Assembly: GCA_012517545.1 (NCBI GenBank)
Contig: JAAYUW010000022.1
Span: forward strand, 1 to 56,124
Length of the DNA: 56,124 nucleotides
Origin: Exilispira sp.
GTDB taxonomy: Bacteria; Spirochaetota; JAAYUW01
Direction: 5' to 3'
A program made the position numbers and the translations under genes. Shown one piece after another: positions 19,838-28,832 of the stretch (its first letter is position 1; every line of letters starts with the position of its first letter). Below the pieces are notes generated by a model. That model was not told the DNA's origin and did not search any database. It worked only from the letters and a program-made list of their open reading frames with translations.

Positions 19838-21340
19838 TCAATTTTTATTTATATCAAGTTCTTTTATCAATCTTGATAGATAAGTTCTTTGAATATCAAG
19901 CTGACGCGCAGCTTCATTTTGTTTCCAGCCATTTTTTGAGAGTATATTTGTAATATATTTCTTTTTAAAAATATTTATGGCATCTTTTAAAGGGACAACA
20001 TTATCTAAAGGTACAGAAAAAATATCTGCTTTAGCATTAAGTATTATATGTTGAGGTTCAATAGTATCTGTATCACAAATAACGCATGCTCTTTCGATAA
20101 TGTTTTCAAGTTCACGAATATTTCCAGGCCAGTGATAATCCTTAAGTATGTTCATTGCTTCATCAGAAATAGAACTAATCTTTTTATTGAGTTCTTTATT
20201 ATATTTTTCAAGAAAATGATTGGCCAATATTGGTATATCTTCAGCTCTTTCTTTTAAAGGAGGTATATATATTGGGAAAACAGTTAATCTATAGTAGAGA
20301 TCTTCACGAAATTTCTTCTTTGCAACTTCAACAGGTAAATCTTTATTAGTCGCAGCAATAATCCTGACATTAACTTCCACAGGAGTTGTTGCTCCTAACT
20401 TTTGAATCTCTCTAGATTCAAGGAATCTAAGTAATTTTGCCTGAGTAGTGATAGGGATCTCCCCTATTTCATCAAGAAATATTGTTCCTCCATTAGCCAG
20501 TTCAAACTTTCCAGGAGTATCCTTAAAAGCTCCAGTAAATGCCCCCTTGGTGTAACCAAACAGTTCGGATTCAAGCAAGGTTTCTGGTATTGCAGCACAA
20601 TTTACCTTAACAAATGGTTTTGAACTTCGTTTCGATAAGTTATGAATCAATTCAGCAAAGAGCTCTTTTCCGGTACCAGAATCTCCCTGAAGCAAAACTG
20701 TAGAATCTGAACCAGCAACGATCTCAGCCATTTTGATCTTTTCTTTTAAGATTGTAGATTCTCCGATTATTTTTCTATGACTTTTGTAAGTATTTAATTC
20801 GGATTCAAGGTATTCTGCTTTATTTTTTAACTGATGGAACATCTTTTTTTGCTGGATTAATATTGAACATTGTTTACTAAAAGCTGTCAGCAAAAGCAAA
20901 TCTTCCTCGTTAAATAAGCCATCTATTTTATTAAGAAGCTCGATTACTCCAATAACTTCATTGTCGATTAATAAAGGTGTGCAGAGGATATTCGTCGTTT
21001 TAAAATGTATTTCTTTTGAAATATCTGGATAAAATCGCGGATCCTCATCTACATTATTTACAATAAGAGGAGAGCCATATTTAGCAACCCAGCCAGCTAT
21101 TCCCTGCCCTGGTTTGAGTTCATATTGATATCTATGTATTTCATCTCTTTTTTCACCTGTAACTATATAAAAATATAGATTCTCTTTATTGTCATCAAAA
21201 AGCAATAGCGATGATGCCTCTGCTGCTATCACGTTAGTAGCATTATCAATAATGAGTTTTAAAAGGTCTTCTATTTGAATGGAACTTGTGAGAAGAGAAA
21301 AAATTTCCAGGATCTTAGCTATTTTCTCAATCTCAATCAT
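19838..21340 (-). CDS. sigma-54-dependent transcriptional activator (GAF - AAA+ - Fis-type HTH)
   Basis: N-terminal GAF-like domain, Walker [16 protein letters not shown], the sigma54-contact motif GAFTGA, and a C-terminal [26 protein letters not shown]. Confidence 0.9.
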   Translation of the reverse strand: MIEIEKIAKILEIFSLLTSSIQIEDLLKLIIDNATNVIAAEASSLLLFDDNKENLYFYIVTGEKRDEIHRYQYELKPGQGIAGWVAKYGSPLIVNNVDEDPRFYPDISKEIHFKTTNILCTPLLIDNEVIGVIELLNKIDGLFNEEDLLLLTAFSKQCSILIQQKKMFHQLKNKAEYLESELNTYKSHRKIIGESTILKEKIKMAEIVAGSDSTVLLQGDSGTGKELFAELIHNLSKRSSKPFVKVNCAAIPETLLESELFGYTKGAFTGAFKDTPGKFELANGGTIFLDEIGEIPITTQAKLLRFLESREIQKLGATTPVEVNVRIIAATNKDLPVEVAKKKFREDLYYRLTVFPIYIPPLKERAEDIPILANHFLEKYNKELNKKISSISDEAMNILKDYHWPGNIRELENIIERACVICDTDTIEPQHIILNAKADIFSVPLDNVVPLKDAINIFKKKYITNILSKNGWKQNEAARQLDIQRTYLSRLIKELDINKN

Positions 21341-23001
21341 CAGGGATTTTTTCCTTTATTTAATAAATCTGCAAATGTTATCTTTTGTGAATTTACGGTA
21401 TTTTTATATTCACTAAGTTCTTTTTCCTGAATTTCTGATAAATAGTCTTTTATAGATAAAAGAACAGAACTTTTCTTTAAATCAAGTTTAATTACTTTAG
21501 CTGTTATCTTATCTCCAATCTTAAAAGAATCTTTAAGAGATCTTATTTGCTCAGTAGATGCCTCTGAGATTGGGATAATGGCCTCTATGTTATCCACTAT
21601 GCTGGCTTTCATTTTCTTATCTTCAATATCTGAAATGACAACTTCAACAACTGAGCCAACATGATAGGATTGTTTAACGAATTGCCAGGGATCTTCACTC
21701 AATTTTTTAAGAGATAAGGAAATTTTTCTACCATTTTTTGTAATAGAATCAATAACTACTTCTATTTCTTCATCTATTTTTTTTGAAAGTTCTTCAAATT
21801 TATCATCAGATTTGGTCCAGGAAATCTCATTCCTATGCAATAAACCATCTATACCTTTATCAAGTTCGATAAATAATCCAAAATCTGTGGCTCTAGCTAT
21901 TTTTCCTTTAACAATTGAGCCAACTGGATGATTTTCAACATACACATCCCATGGGTGAGTGGTAAGTTGTTTTAAACCAAGTTGCAACTTGTGACTATCT
22001 CTATCAAAATTTAAAACTTTGCATTCTATAAAACTCCCATTTTTTATCTGTTTATGCTCGCTTTCGCTGGTTTCAAACCATGAAATATCCTTTTTGGAAA
22101 TAAAACCAGTTATCCCTTCCTGAACTTCTATGACTATGCCATTATCAGTAACATTTCTAACCATGCCTGTTATTACATCATCTTTATTTGTCTCAAAAGA
22201 AGACCAGGGATTTGGATCCAACTGCTTAAATGAAAGGATAATATTATTTTTTTCTCTATCAAGTCTTATTATCTTTGCTTTTCTATGCTCTCCAATAATG
22301 ATTGATTCTTCTATAGGTTTATAAGGAGAATAAGAAACTTCAGAAGCAGGAACAAACCCTGAAAACCCACCAAGATCAAACTCAACTCCATCATTTGAAG
22401 GAATAATTTGTTTAACAACTCCTTCAACTATATCACCAACTCTTTTTTCTTTAAAAAATTTAGATTTTTCAATTCTATTTTGATTTGTAATATAAAGTTT
22501 TCTAGATAGAACAATGTATTTACTATTATAATTCTTAACCATAAATTTGAAAGTTTTTCCAATATAATTAACAAGCTGTTTTTCCTCTTCAGAGACTAAA
22601 TCATCAACATAGCATATGCCTTTAATAAAACCCATTTCTATATTAAAATATTTTTTATCTCTGGAAATTGAAACTATCTTTCCTTCAACAGGAATTCTGT
22701 TATCATATTTATTGTATATTTCTTTTTTTTGTAAGATCTCGTCTGCTTTTATTTTGCTGAACTGCATTTCACCATCTTTATCTTCATAGCAATAAATAAA
22801 AACTTCATCATTCAAAAGAGGAGGATTATTGAACTCTTCAACAGGGATGGTAATTTCTTGAAACCAATCGATATCAATAAAAACTTCTACTGGAGTTATA
22901 GATACTACCTTGCCACTAATAATATTACCACTTCTGGGTTCTTTTATATTCTTCAACGAATATTCAAGCTCTTTTGTGAAATCAACCATTTTTTCATGCA
23001 T
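21340..23001 (-). CDS. rpsA: 30S ribosomal protein S1
   Basis: Six consecutive S1/OB repeats (G.IV.G.V..I...G..V.L type). Length 553 aa. The stop overlaps the start of the downstream activator (TGATG). Confidence 0.9.
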   Translation of the reverse strand: MHEKMVDFTKELEYSLKNIKEPRSGNIISGKVVSITPVEVFIDIDWFQEITIPVEEFNNPPLLNDEVFIYCYEDKDGEMQFSKIKADEILQKKEIYNKYDNRIPVEGKIVSISRDKKYFNIEMGFIKGICYVDDLVSEEEKQLVNYIGKTFKFMVKNYNSKYIVLSRKLYITNQNRIEKSKFFKEKRVGDIVEGVVKQIIPSNDGVEFDLGGFSGFVPASEVSYSPYKPIEESIIIGEHRKAKIIRLDREKNNIILSFKQLDPNPWSSFETNKDDVITGMVRNVTDNGIVIEVQEGITGFISKKDISWFETSESEHKQIKNGSFIECKVLNFDRDSHKLQLGLKQLTTHPWDVYVENHPVGSIVKGKIARATDFGLFIELDKGIDGLLHRNEISWTKSDDKFEELSKKIDEEIEVVIDSITKNGRKISLSLKKLSEDPWQFVKQSYHVGSVVEVVISDIEDKKMKASIVDNIEAIIPISEASTEQIRSLKDSFKIGDKITAKVIKLDLKKSSVLLSIKDYLSEIQEKELSEYKNTVNSQKITFADLLNKGKNP

Positions 23002-23219
23002 AATAGATATCCTTTCTGACTTGATGTCTTTTCAAGTATACAAACAATTGAAAAAAGTCAATATTAACCTCTTATCATTTTTAAATTTAAATATCTTTTG
23101 ATATATTAATAAAATTGACAAAAACCATATTTCCCCTTTTTTTAAGCGAAAAATAAATTTTAAATGATCTATTTTTTTTGATTAATAAGCACTTGATTGC
23201 TAAGAATAAAAAAAATAGT

Positions 23220-24071
23220 TTACAAAATATCTTCTAAATGAAGATTATCTATAAGCCTTGTGCTACCAACATAAGCTGCAATAAGTATAACAGTATTTTT
23301 ATCTAAATTCTCCCTGGTCTTTAGATTATAATCATCGACTATTGCAATATAGTCAATCTTTAAATTCTCCTTATTACTTAATTTTTCGAATATTAAATCG
23401 TAAACAACTTTTGCACTTTTTTCACCTGATGCAATCCTGTTAGCTGCTTCCCGCAAACTTTGCGAGATAGCCAGGGCAGTCTTTCTTTCTTCAGGAGAAA
23501 GATACTTATTTCTTGAAGATAATGCTATACCATCGAAATCTCTGACAATAGGGCAACCGATCACCTCTATAGGGAGCGAAAGGTCAGCAACCATCTTTTT
23601 AATAATGACAAGTTGTTGAAAATCCTTTTTCCCAAAATAAGCTCTATCTGGCTCAACAATATTAAAAAGCTTTAAAACAACAGTAGTAACTCCTTTGAAG
23701 TGTCCGGGACGAGTTTTACCACAGTGAATTTCACTTAACTCTTCAACAGTAACATAAGTTTTATGATCCTTTAAATAAAAGGAATCTTCCTCAGGTAAAA
23801 AAAGAATATCGACGTTATGATCCTTGCAGATATTTTCATCTGACTCTCTAGGCCTTGGATACTTGCTGAAATCTTCCTTTGGTCCAAATTGTAAAGGATT
23901 CACAAAAACAGATACAATAACTATATCATTTTCTTTTCTTGCCTGTTCAATAAGTGAAATATGACCCTGATGAAGAGCCCCCATGGTTGCGACAAAACCA
24001 ATCGATTTCCCCGTTTTCTTTAATTTTAGAGTTTCATTTTGTAACTCAAGGTTATTTCTATATATTAGCAT
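23220..24071 (-). CDS. panC: pantoate--beta-alanine ligase
   Basis: Motifs VATMGALHQGHISL, FVNPLQFGP and ALSSRNKYL. Confidence 0.95.
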   Translation of the reverse strand: MLIYRNNLELQNETLKLKKTGKSIGFVATMGALHQGHISLIEQARKENDIVIVSVFVNPLQFGPKEDFSKYPRPRESDENICKDHNVDILFLPEEDSFYLKDHKTYVTVEELSEIHCGKTRPGHFKGVTTVVLKLFNIVEPDRAYFGKKDFQQLVIIKKMVADLSLPIEVIGCPIVRDFDGIALSSRNKYLSPEERKTALAISQSLREAANRIASGEKSAKVVYDLIFEKLSNKENLKIDYIAIVDDYNLKTRENLDKNTVILIAAYVGSTRLIDNLHLEDIL

Positions 24072-24119
24072 ATTTTCCTCATCAAATATATAAAATTAAA
24101 ATTATAAAAAAACTGTTAT

Positions 24120-24932
24120 TTATTGCTGATCCTTATGAAATGATGTTTTGGGAAAGGTACCAGATATAACATCTTTAGCCCACTTTTCAATTGCATCTTT
24201 TGAAATGGAAAATAGATCAACATATTTTTCCATAAAGGAAGGGATATAAGAAGATAAACCGAGTAAATCGTTTAAGACACAAATTTGTCCATCACAATAT
24301 TTTCCTGCACCAATGCCAATTGTTGGGATAGAAATAGCATTTGTAATGGCTTTTGCTGCTTCCTCTGTAACACATTCTAAAATAAGAGAAAAAATACCGG
24401 CTTGCTCAAGAGCAACAGCATCGGCTATAAGTTCTTCAACTTGATCCTCATTTTTGCCAGATATCCTATATCCACCCATAACATTGTAATGCTGCGGTTT
24501 TAACCCAATATGCCCCATAACTGGTATACCTATCATTGTCATTTTATAAACAAGCTCAGCAAACTCTTTTCCACCTTCGATCTTTACACCATTAGCTTTC
24601 CCTTCTTTCATCATTCTTCCCGCATTTTTTATGGAATCAGCAGTAGAAACTCCATAGGATAGAAAAGGCATATCTGCAATTACCGGTTTTTGTTTACAGG
24701 TTTCACTAACAATAGAAACATGATTGAGCATTTGTTCCATATTGACAGGGATAGTGGTTTCATAACCATATTCAACATTTGCTACAGAATCTCCTACTAA
24801 GATGGCGTCTATCTCTTCGATTGAATCAATTATTTTAGCAAATGAATAAGAATATGCAGTAATCAAAACAAGTGGCTGGTTAAGTCTTTTTTTCTTTGCA
24901 AAATTATTAAAATTTTTCATAATTCCACCCAA
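24120..24932 (-). CDS. panB: 3-methyl-2-oxobutanoate hydroxymethyltransferase
   Basis: Motifs LVGDSVANV, ADMPFLSY, GVKIEGG and GHIGLKPQ. Confidence 0.95.
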   Translation of the reverse strand: MGGIMKNFNNFAKKKRLNQPLVLITAYSYSFAKIIDSIEEIDAILVGDSVANVEYGYETTIPVNMEQMLNHVSIVSETCKQKPVIADMPFLSYGVSTADSIKNAGRMMKEGKANGVKIEGGKEFAELVYKMTMIGIPVMGHIGLKPQHYNVMGGYRISGKNEDQVEELIADAVALEQAGIFSLILECVTEEAAKAITNAISIPTIGIGAGKYCDGQICVLNDLLGLSSYIPSFMEKYVDLFSISKDAIEKWAKDVISGTFPKTSFHKDQQ

Positions 24933-25332
24933 CCTTTTTTATTAATTGTTTGATATACGGTCTATCATATATACCTTCATGAGGTATTTGAATATAACTA
25001 TCATAATATACAAGATTTTCTATATAGATGACATCAATATCGATAATTCGCTTGCCCCATAGCTGATCTTTTCTCTTCTGTCCAAGGGATTTTTCAATCC
25101 TGGAAATTCTGGCTATAATTTTTTTTGGAGAAAGTTCGGATTCTATAATCACAGCTTGATTGAAAAATTTATCTGTATAATTAACTCCAAAAGCTTCAGT
25201 TAAAAATATATCAGTCTGTTTTTTGACATAGAAATATTTACTTAAAAAAATATTAGCCTTCTGAATAGCTATATTCCCATCTTCTAAAGATGAACACAAT
25301 ATTAAAAGAACCTGGTAATTTTTATTTTTCAT
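24907..25332 (-). CDS. folK: 2-amino-4-hydroxy-6-hydroxymethyldihydropteridine diphosphokinase
   Basis: HPPK-like IEKSLGQKRKDQLWGKRIIDIDVI and IPHEG. Short (141 aa). Overlaps the panB start by 26 nt. folK-panB-panC synteny is known from E. coli. Confidence 0.8.
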   Translation of the reverse strand: MKNKNYQVLLILCSSLEDGNIAIQKANIFLSKYFYVKKQTDIFLTEAFGVNYTDKFFNQAVIIESELSPKKIIARISRIEKSLGQKRKDQLWGKRIIDIDVIYIENLVYYDSYIQIPHEGIYDRPYIKQLIKKVGWNYEKF

Positions 25333-25423
25333 AAGCTTTTATTTTTCTTTTATACAAATTAATGCCAAATTAAATAAAATCAAATTGATTTAAATTCCCT
25401 ATTTTAACTATTAAGATAAAAAT

Positions 25424-26224
25424 CTATTTTATATTGATTATATCTGAATATTCAAAAAATCCTTTATCTTTTGATGAAATAAAATCTATTACAACAAGTG
25501 CACCTTGAGCCAGTGCCTCGCGGCTGTTCATCCTATGGGTCAGTTCGATCTCATCAAAATCAGAAGCAAAAAGCACTGTATGAGTTCCAACCTCGCCACC
25601 GCCTCTTATAGAACTTATCCCAACTTCATCTTTCTTCCTGGCAGAGTCGTTTTTTGTTCTATCATATACAGTGTAAAGATCTGGATTTTCTTTTTTCAAA
25701 GTTTCAAAAAACTTTAATGCAGTTCCAGATGGGGCATCTTTTTTCCTTCTGTGATGTTTTTCGATAATCTCGATATCATAATCTTTAAGATTTCTCGCAA
25801 AAATATTGATTACGGAAAGCAAAAAGTTTATACCAAAGCTCATATTTGGTGAGCAAAAAATAGCGATTTTTTTACTGGCTTCGTTTATCTTAGCAAGTGT
25901 CGCATCTGATAATCTTGTGGTGCCAATAATCAACTTCTTTTTGTTGGAAACAGCAAAATCAACCAGGACAGAAGTCACATTATCGTGTGAAAAATCGAGA
26001 ATTATATCAGCATCAGTAAGAACATTTATATCATTGCTATGATAGATAATCTGCCCACCATGTTCAATATAATCTTCCTTTTGCACTTTCTTCAAGGGTT
26101 CGTAAAGAGCTTTAATTTGATAATTATCATTTTTCAAAACAAGTTTTAAGACGCTTGAGCACATCTGTCCAAGGCTTCCGCATAAACCTATCTTCATCTT
26201 TTCTGGCATAGAATTTTCCTGCAT
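25424..26224 (-). CDS. dapB: 4-hydroxy-tetrahydrodipicolinate reductase
   Basis: Rossmann N-terminus KIGLCGSLGQM and the signature EKHHRRKKDAPSGTA. The likely start is the ATG at 26197. Confidence 0.9.
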   Translation of the reverse strand: MQENSMPEKMKIGLCGSLGQMCSSVLKLVLKNDNYQIKALYEPLKKVQKEDYIEHGGQIIYHSNDINVLTDADIILDFSHDNVTSVLVDFAVSNKKKLIIGTTRLSDATLAKINEASKKIAIFCSPNMSFGINFLLSVINIFARNLKDYDIEIIEKHHRRKKDAPSGTALKFFETLKKENPDLYTVYDRTKNDSARKKDEVGISSIRGGGEVGTHTVLFASDFDEIELTHRMNSREALAQGALVVIDFISSKDKGFFEYSDIINIK

Positions 26225-26230
26225 GTTAAT

Positions 26231-27382
26231 TTAGTGATGGTCTTCGTAAATAATTACTGGTAAATTAAATTTAATAATGTAAGCAATAATTTCAAATAAA
26301 TCGAAAAAACTATTGTTTGCTTTTTTTGGTTTAGTTTCGGAAGTTTCAGCAAAAGCATTTAGAGTAATGGAAAGAACAGGTTTAACACTATAATATTCTC
26401 TAATTTTATTTTCAATCTCGAGTGATATTTCTTTATTTGCAACCAAAAAATCAGCAGCATTCATTTTACCCTGACCGAGTTTAATATCCTGGTAACTGAA
26501 CCATGTACCAGTTTTTTTAATAATATCAAGCTTTGAAGCTAACTCTATTATCTCAAGCTCCTTTGAAAAGCCTCTGTCAAATAATAAAACTGTTTCAGCA
26601 ACCTTAAAAGGAGGTGAAAGCTTGTTCTTTTTTACAGTCATCTTCACACCTATACCAAGTTTTTCATCTCCTTGAGTTATATCTTCTATCTTTTTTATGT
26701 TTACTATAACTGAAGAGTAAAACTTAAGGGCAAGCCCACCTGGTGTTGTTTCTGGATTTCCAAAAGGAACTGTTGAAATCTTCATCCTCACCTGGTTGAT
26801 AAAAAGCAAAATTGTCTTTGACTTTGATATAGAACCGGTAAGTTTTCTCATAGCCTGCGACATAAGCCTTGCCTGTGCACCTATAAAGGAATCCCCCATA
26901 TCGCCTTCAATCTCGGACCTGGGAACCAGAGCAGCAACAGAGTCTATAACGATAATATCTATAGCTCCAGACTTAACAAGGACATCAGTTATCTCAAGAG
27001 CCTGTTCGCCATTATCTGGCTGAGATATAATAAGATCTTCTATCTTAACACCGAGTTTTTGAGCATAAGAAGGATCAAGTGCATGTTCAGCATCGATAAA
27101 AGCAGCTACTCCACCAAGTTTCTGAGCTTCGGCAATGGAATGCAAGGCTAAAGTAGTTTTTCCAGAAGACTCAGCACCATATACCTCGACTATTCTTCCT
27201 CGAGGAAAACCACCTATACCTAAAGCTATATCTAAAGCAAGTGATCCTGTAGGTATGACTTCTATATCAGGTCTTTCATTTTGACCATACTTCATAATAG
27301 AACCATCACCGAACTGTCTTCTAATAGTTTCTATAGTAGTCTCAACCATTTTTTCCTTTGATAATTTCTCATTTTCGGGCAT
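26231..27382 (-). CDS. recA: recombinase RecA
   Basis: Motifs [10 protein letters not shown] and [36 protein letters not shown], with the L1/L2 loop regions conserved. The C-terminal tail is unusually long and non-acidic. Confidence 0.97.
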   Translation of the reverse strand: MPENEKLSKEKMVETTIETIRRQFGDGSIMKYGQNERPDIEVIPTGSLALDIALGIGGFPRGRIVEVYGAESSGKTTLALHSIAEAQKLGGVAAFIDAEHALDPSYAQKLGVKIEDLIISQPDNGEQALEITDVLVKSGAIDIIVIDSVAALVPRSEIEGDMGDSFIGAQARLMSQAMRKLTGSISKSKTILLFINQVRMKISTVPFGNPETTPGGLALKFYSSVIVNIKKIEDITQGDEKLGIGVKMTVKKNKLSPPFKVAETVLLFDRGFSKELEIIELASKLDIIKKTGTWFSYQDIKLGQGKMNAADFLVANKEISLEIENKIREYYSVKPVLSITLNAFAETSETKPKKANNSFFDLFEIIAYIIKFNLPVIIYEDHH

Positions 27383-27473
27383 TAATATTCTCCTTTTATT
27401 GTATAATAAGTATAAAAAAATAAATAAATTACAATTATTTTAGGTTTTATCCAGTTAATGAGTGCTTTTTATT

Positions 27474-27545
27474 ATTAAAGCAATATTTTTATGGCATAGT
27501 ATATATATAATCGTTCATCCGGATAATTGCATACTTACTCTAAAA
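27474..27545 (+). repeat. intergenic repeat copy C: promoter-like TTAAAG-N18-TATATA followed by the GTTCATCCGG core
   Basis: attaaag...gcatagtatatatata(at)cgttcatccgg.aatt.cat.ctta. Shares exact 7-, 16- and 11-nt blocks with the reverse complement of 35331-35390. Confidence 0.7.
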
Positions 27546-27659
27546 AAGAAAACACATTTTTCCTTTTAGTATGGTTTCTTTAAGTATATATTTAGATTAT
27601 TTTTTCAAAATAAAATACGGAATTTATCAATGAAGCATTTAATGAATCACCGAAATAAT

Positions 27660-28781
27660 TTATACAGTTATTTTGAAAATTTCCAATAATAATTGTTTAG
27701 CTTTCAACCTATTTGCTTCAAGTGGATCATATTTATATAAATATTTTAAAAAATCAATTATTTTTTCAGCAAGTTCACCTTTAATATTTGCATTTTTATT
27801 CGCTTCAAGGATCTTAAAAAAAGCGTCTCTTGCTGCTTTTCGAACATTTGCATCTTTGTCATACTGAGCTTTATATATGATCGCTTCGATGGCATCAAGA
27901 CTCTTTAGTTCCCCTAAAAGATTAAGAATCTCTATTCTAACCTGTGGATTATTACTTCTTAAGGTATTTAAAAGGATATCTATCCCCTCTTTTACATTAT
28001 ACTCTTTTAATGCTTTTGCTGCATAAATCTGAATATATGGATCTTCATCATTTATAGCTTGCAGTATATACTTATATGAAGACTCTGCCTTATACTTTGA
28101 AATAGCGTATATTAAGTATCTTCGCACAAAACTGTTTTCTGTCTTATCTATGATCATCTCGTTAAATTTATCTATATACTTTGAGTCAACACTATCAAAC
28201 TCAGCAAAGTAAAGAGCTGCTGCAGCCCTTATCTCACTTGAATTTTTACTATCTATTAAAAAATCAAAGATCTGCTGCATGTATTTTGTAGATTTCATCT
28301 TACCAAGTGAGAGAAGAATATTTCGAATAATATTAACTTCATCTTTATAAGCTTTATCTGTGAATATCTCATATAAAAGATCTTCCAGCTCTTTAAGTTC
28401 AAGATCTCCAGCCGCAAGAATTGCGGTTGATAGAAGATTTTTATCTGAAAATTTGTCTGATATTATATTTTTTATATAAGGGGATATCTGTGCACTTTTT
28501 TCCTTCAATGATCTAATACAGTTTATTATTGAGATTTTGATAGCTGGTTTTATGTTAGAATTTAAAAGAGATAAAAGCTGATCTAAAAGTGGTGTAACAT
28601 CGTATAACAAAAGTTCACTTAAAACTTTCTGTAGCTCCTCTTCTGTGCCGTACTTAAGGACATCGTCATAGTATTTTATTTTATCTGCTGGTATTGCTGG
28701 CTTAGTTTGAGAATGTATGTCGAAAAAAAACAGCTGAATTAATAATAAAATCAGTACGAAAATAATAATTTTTTTCTTCAT
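27660..28781 (-). CDS. secreted HEAT/armadillo-like repeat protein
   Basis: Signal peptide MKKKIIIFVLILLLIQLFFF, then repeated ~30-aa helical units including DEDPYIQIYAAKALKEY and SNNPQVRIEILNLLGEL (HEAT_2-like). Confidence 0.65.
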   Translation of the reverse strand: MKKKIIIFVLILLLIQLFFFDIHSQTKPAIPADKIKYYDDVLKYGTEEELQKVLSELLLYDVTPLLDQLLSLLNSNIKPAIKISIINCIRSLKEKSAQISPYIKNIISDKFSDKNLLSTAILAAGDLELKELEDLLYEIFTDKAYKDEVNIIRNILLSLGKMKSTKYMQQIFDFLIDSKNSSEIRAAAALYFAEFDSVDSKYIDKFNEMIIDKTENSFVRRYLIYAISKYKAESSYKYILQAINDEDPYIQIYAAKALKEYNVKEGIDILLNTLRSNNPQVRIEILNLLGELKSLDAIEAIIYKAQYDKDANVRKAARDAFFKILEANKNANIKGELAEKIIDFLKYLYKYDPLEANRLKAKQLLLEIFKITV

Positions 28782-28832
28782 TTTCTTATATCACACATAT
28801 ATATTTTTTTTCGATCTTCGCTTTTATTTGCT

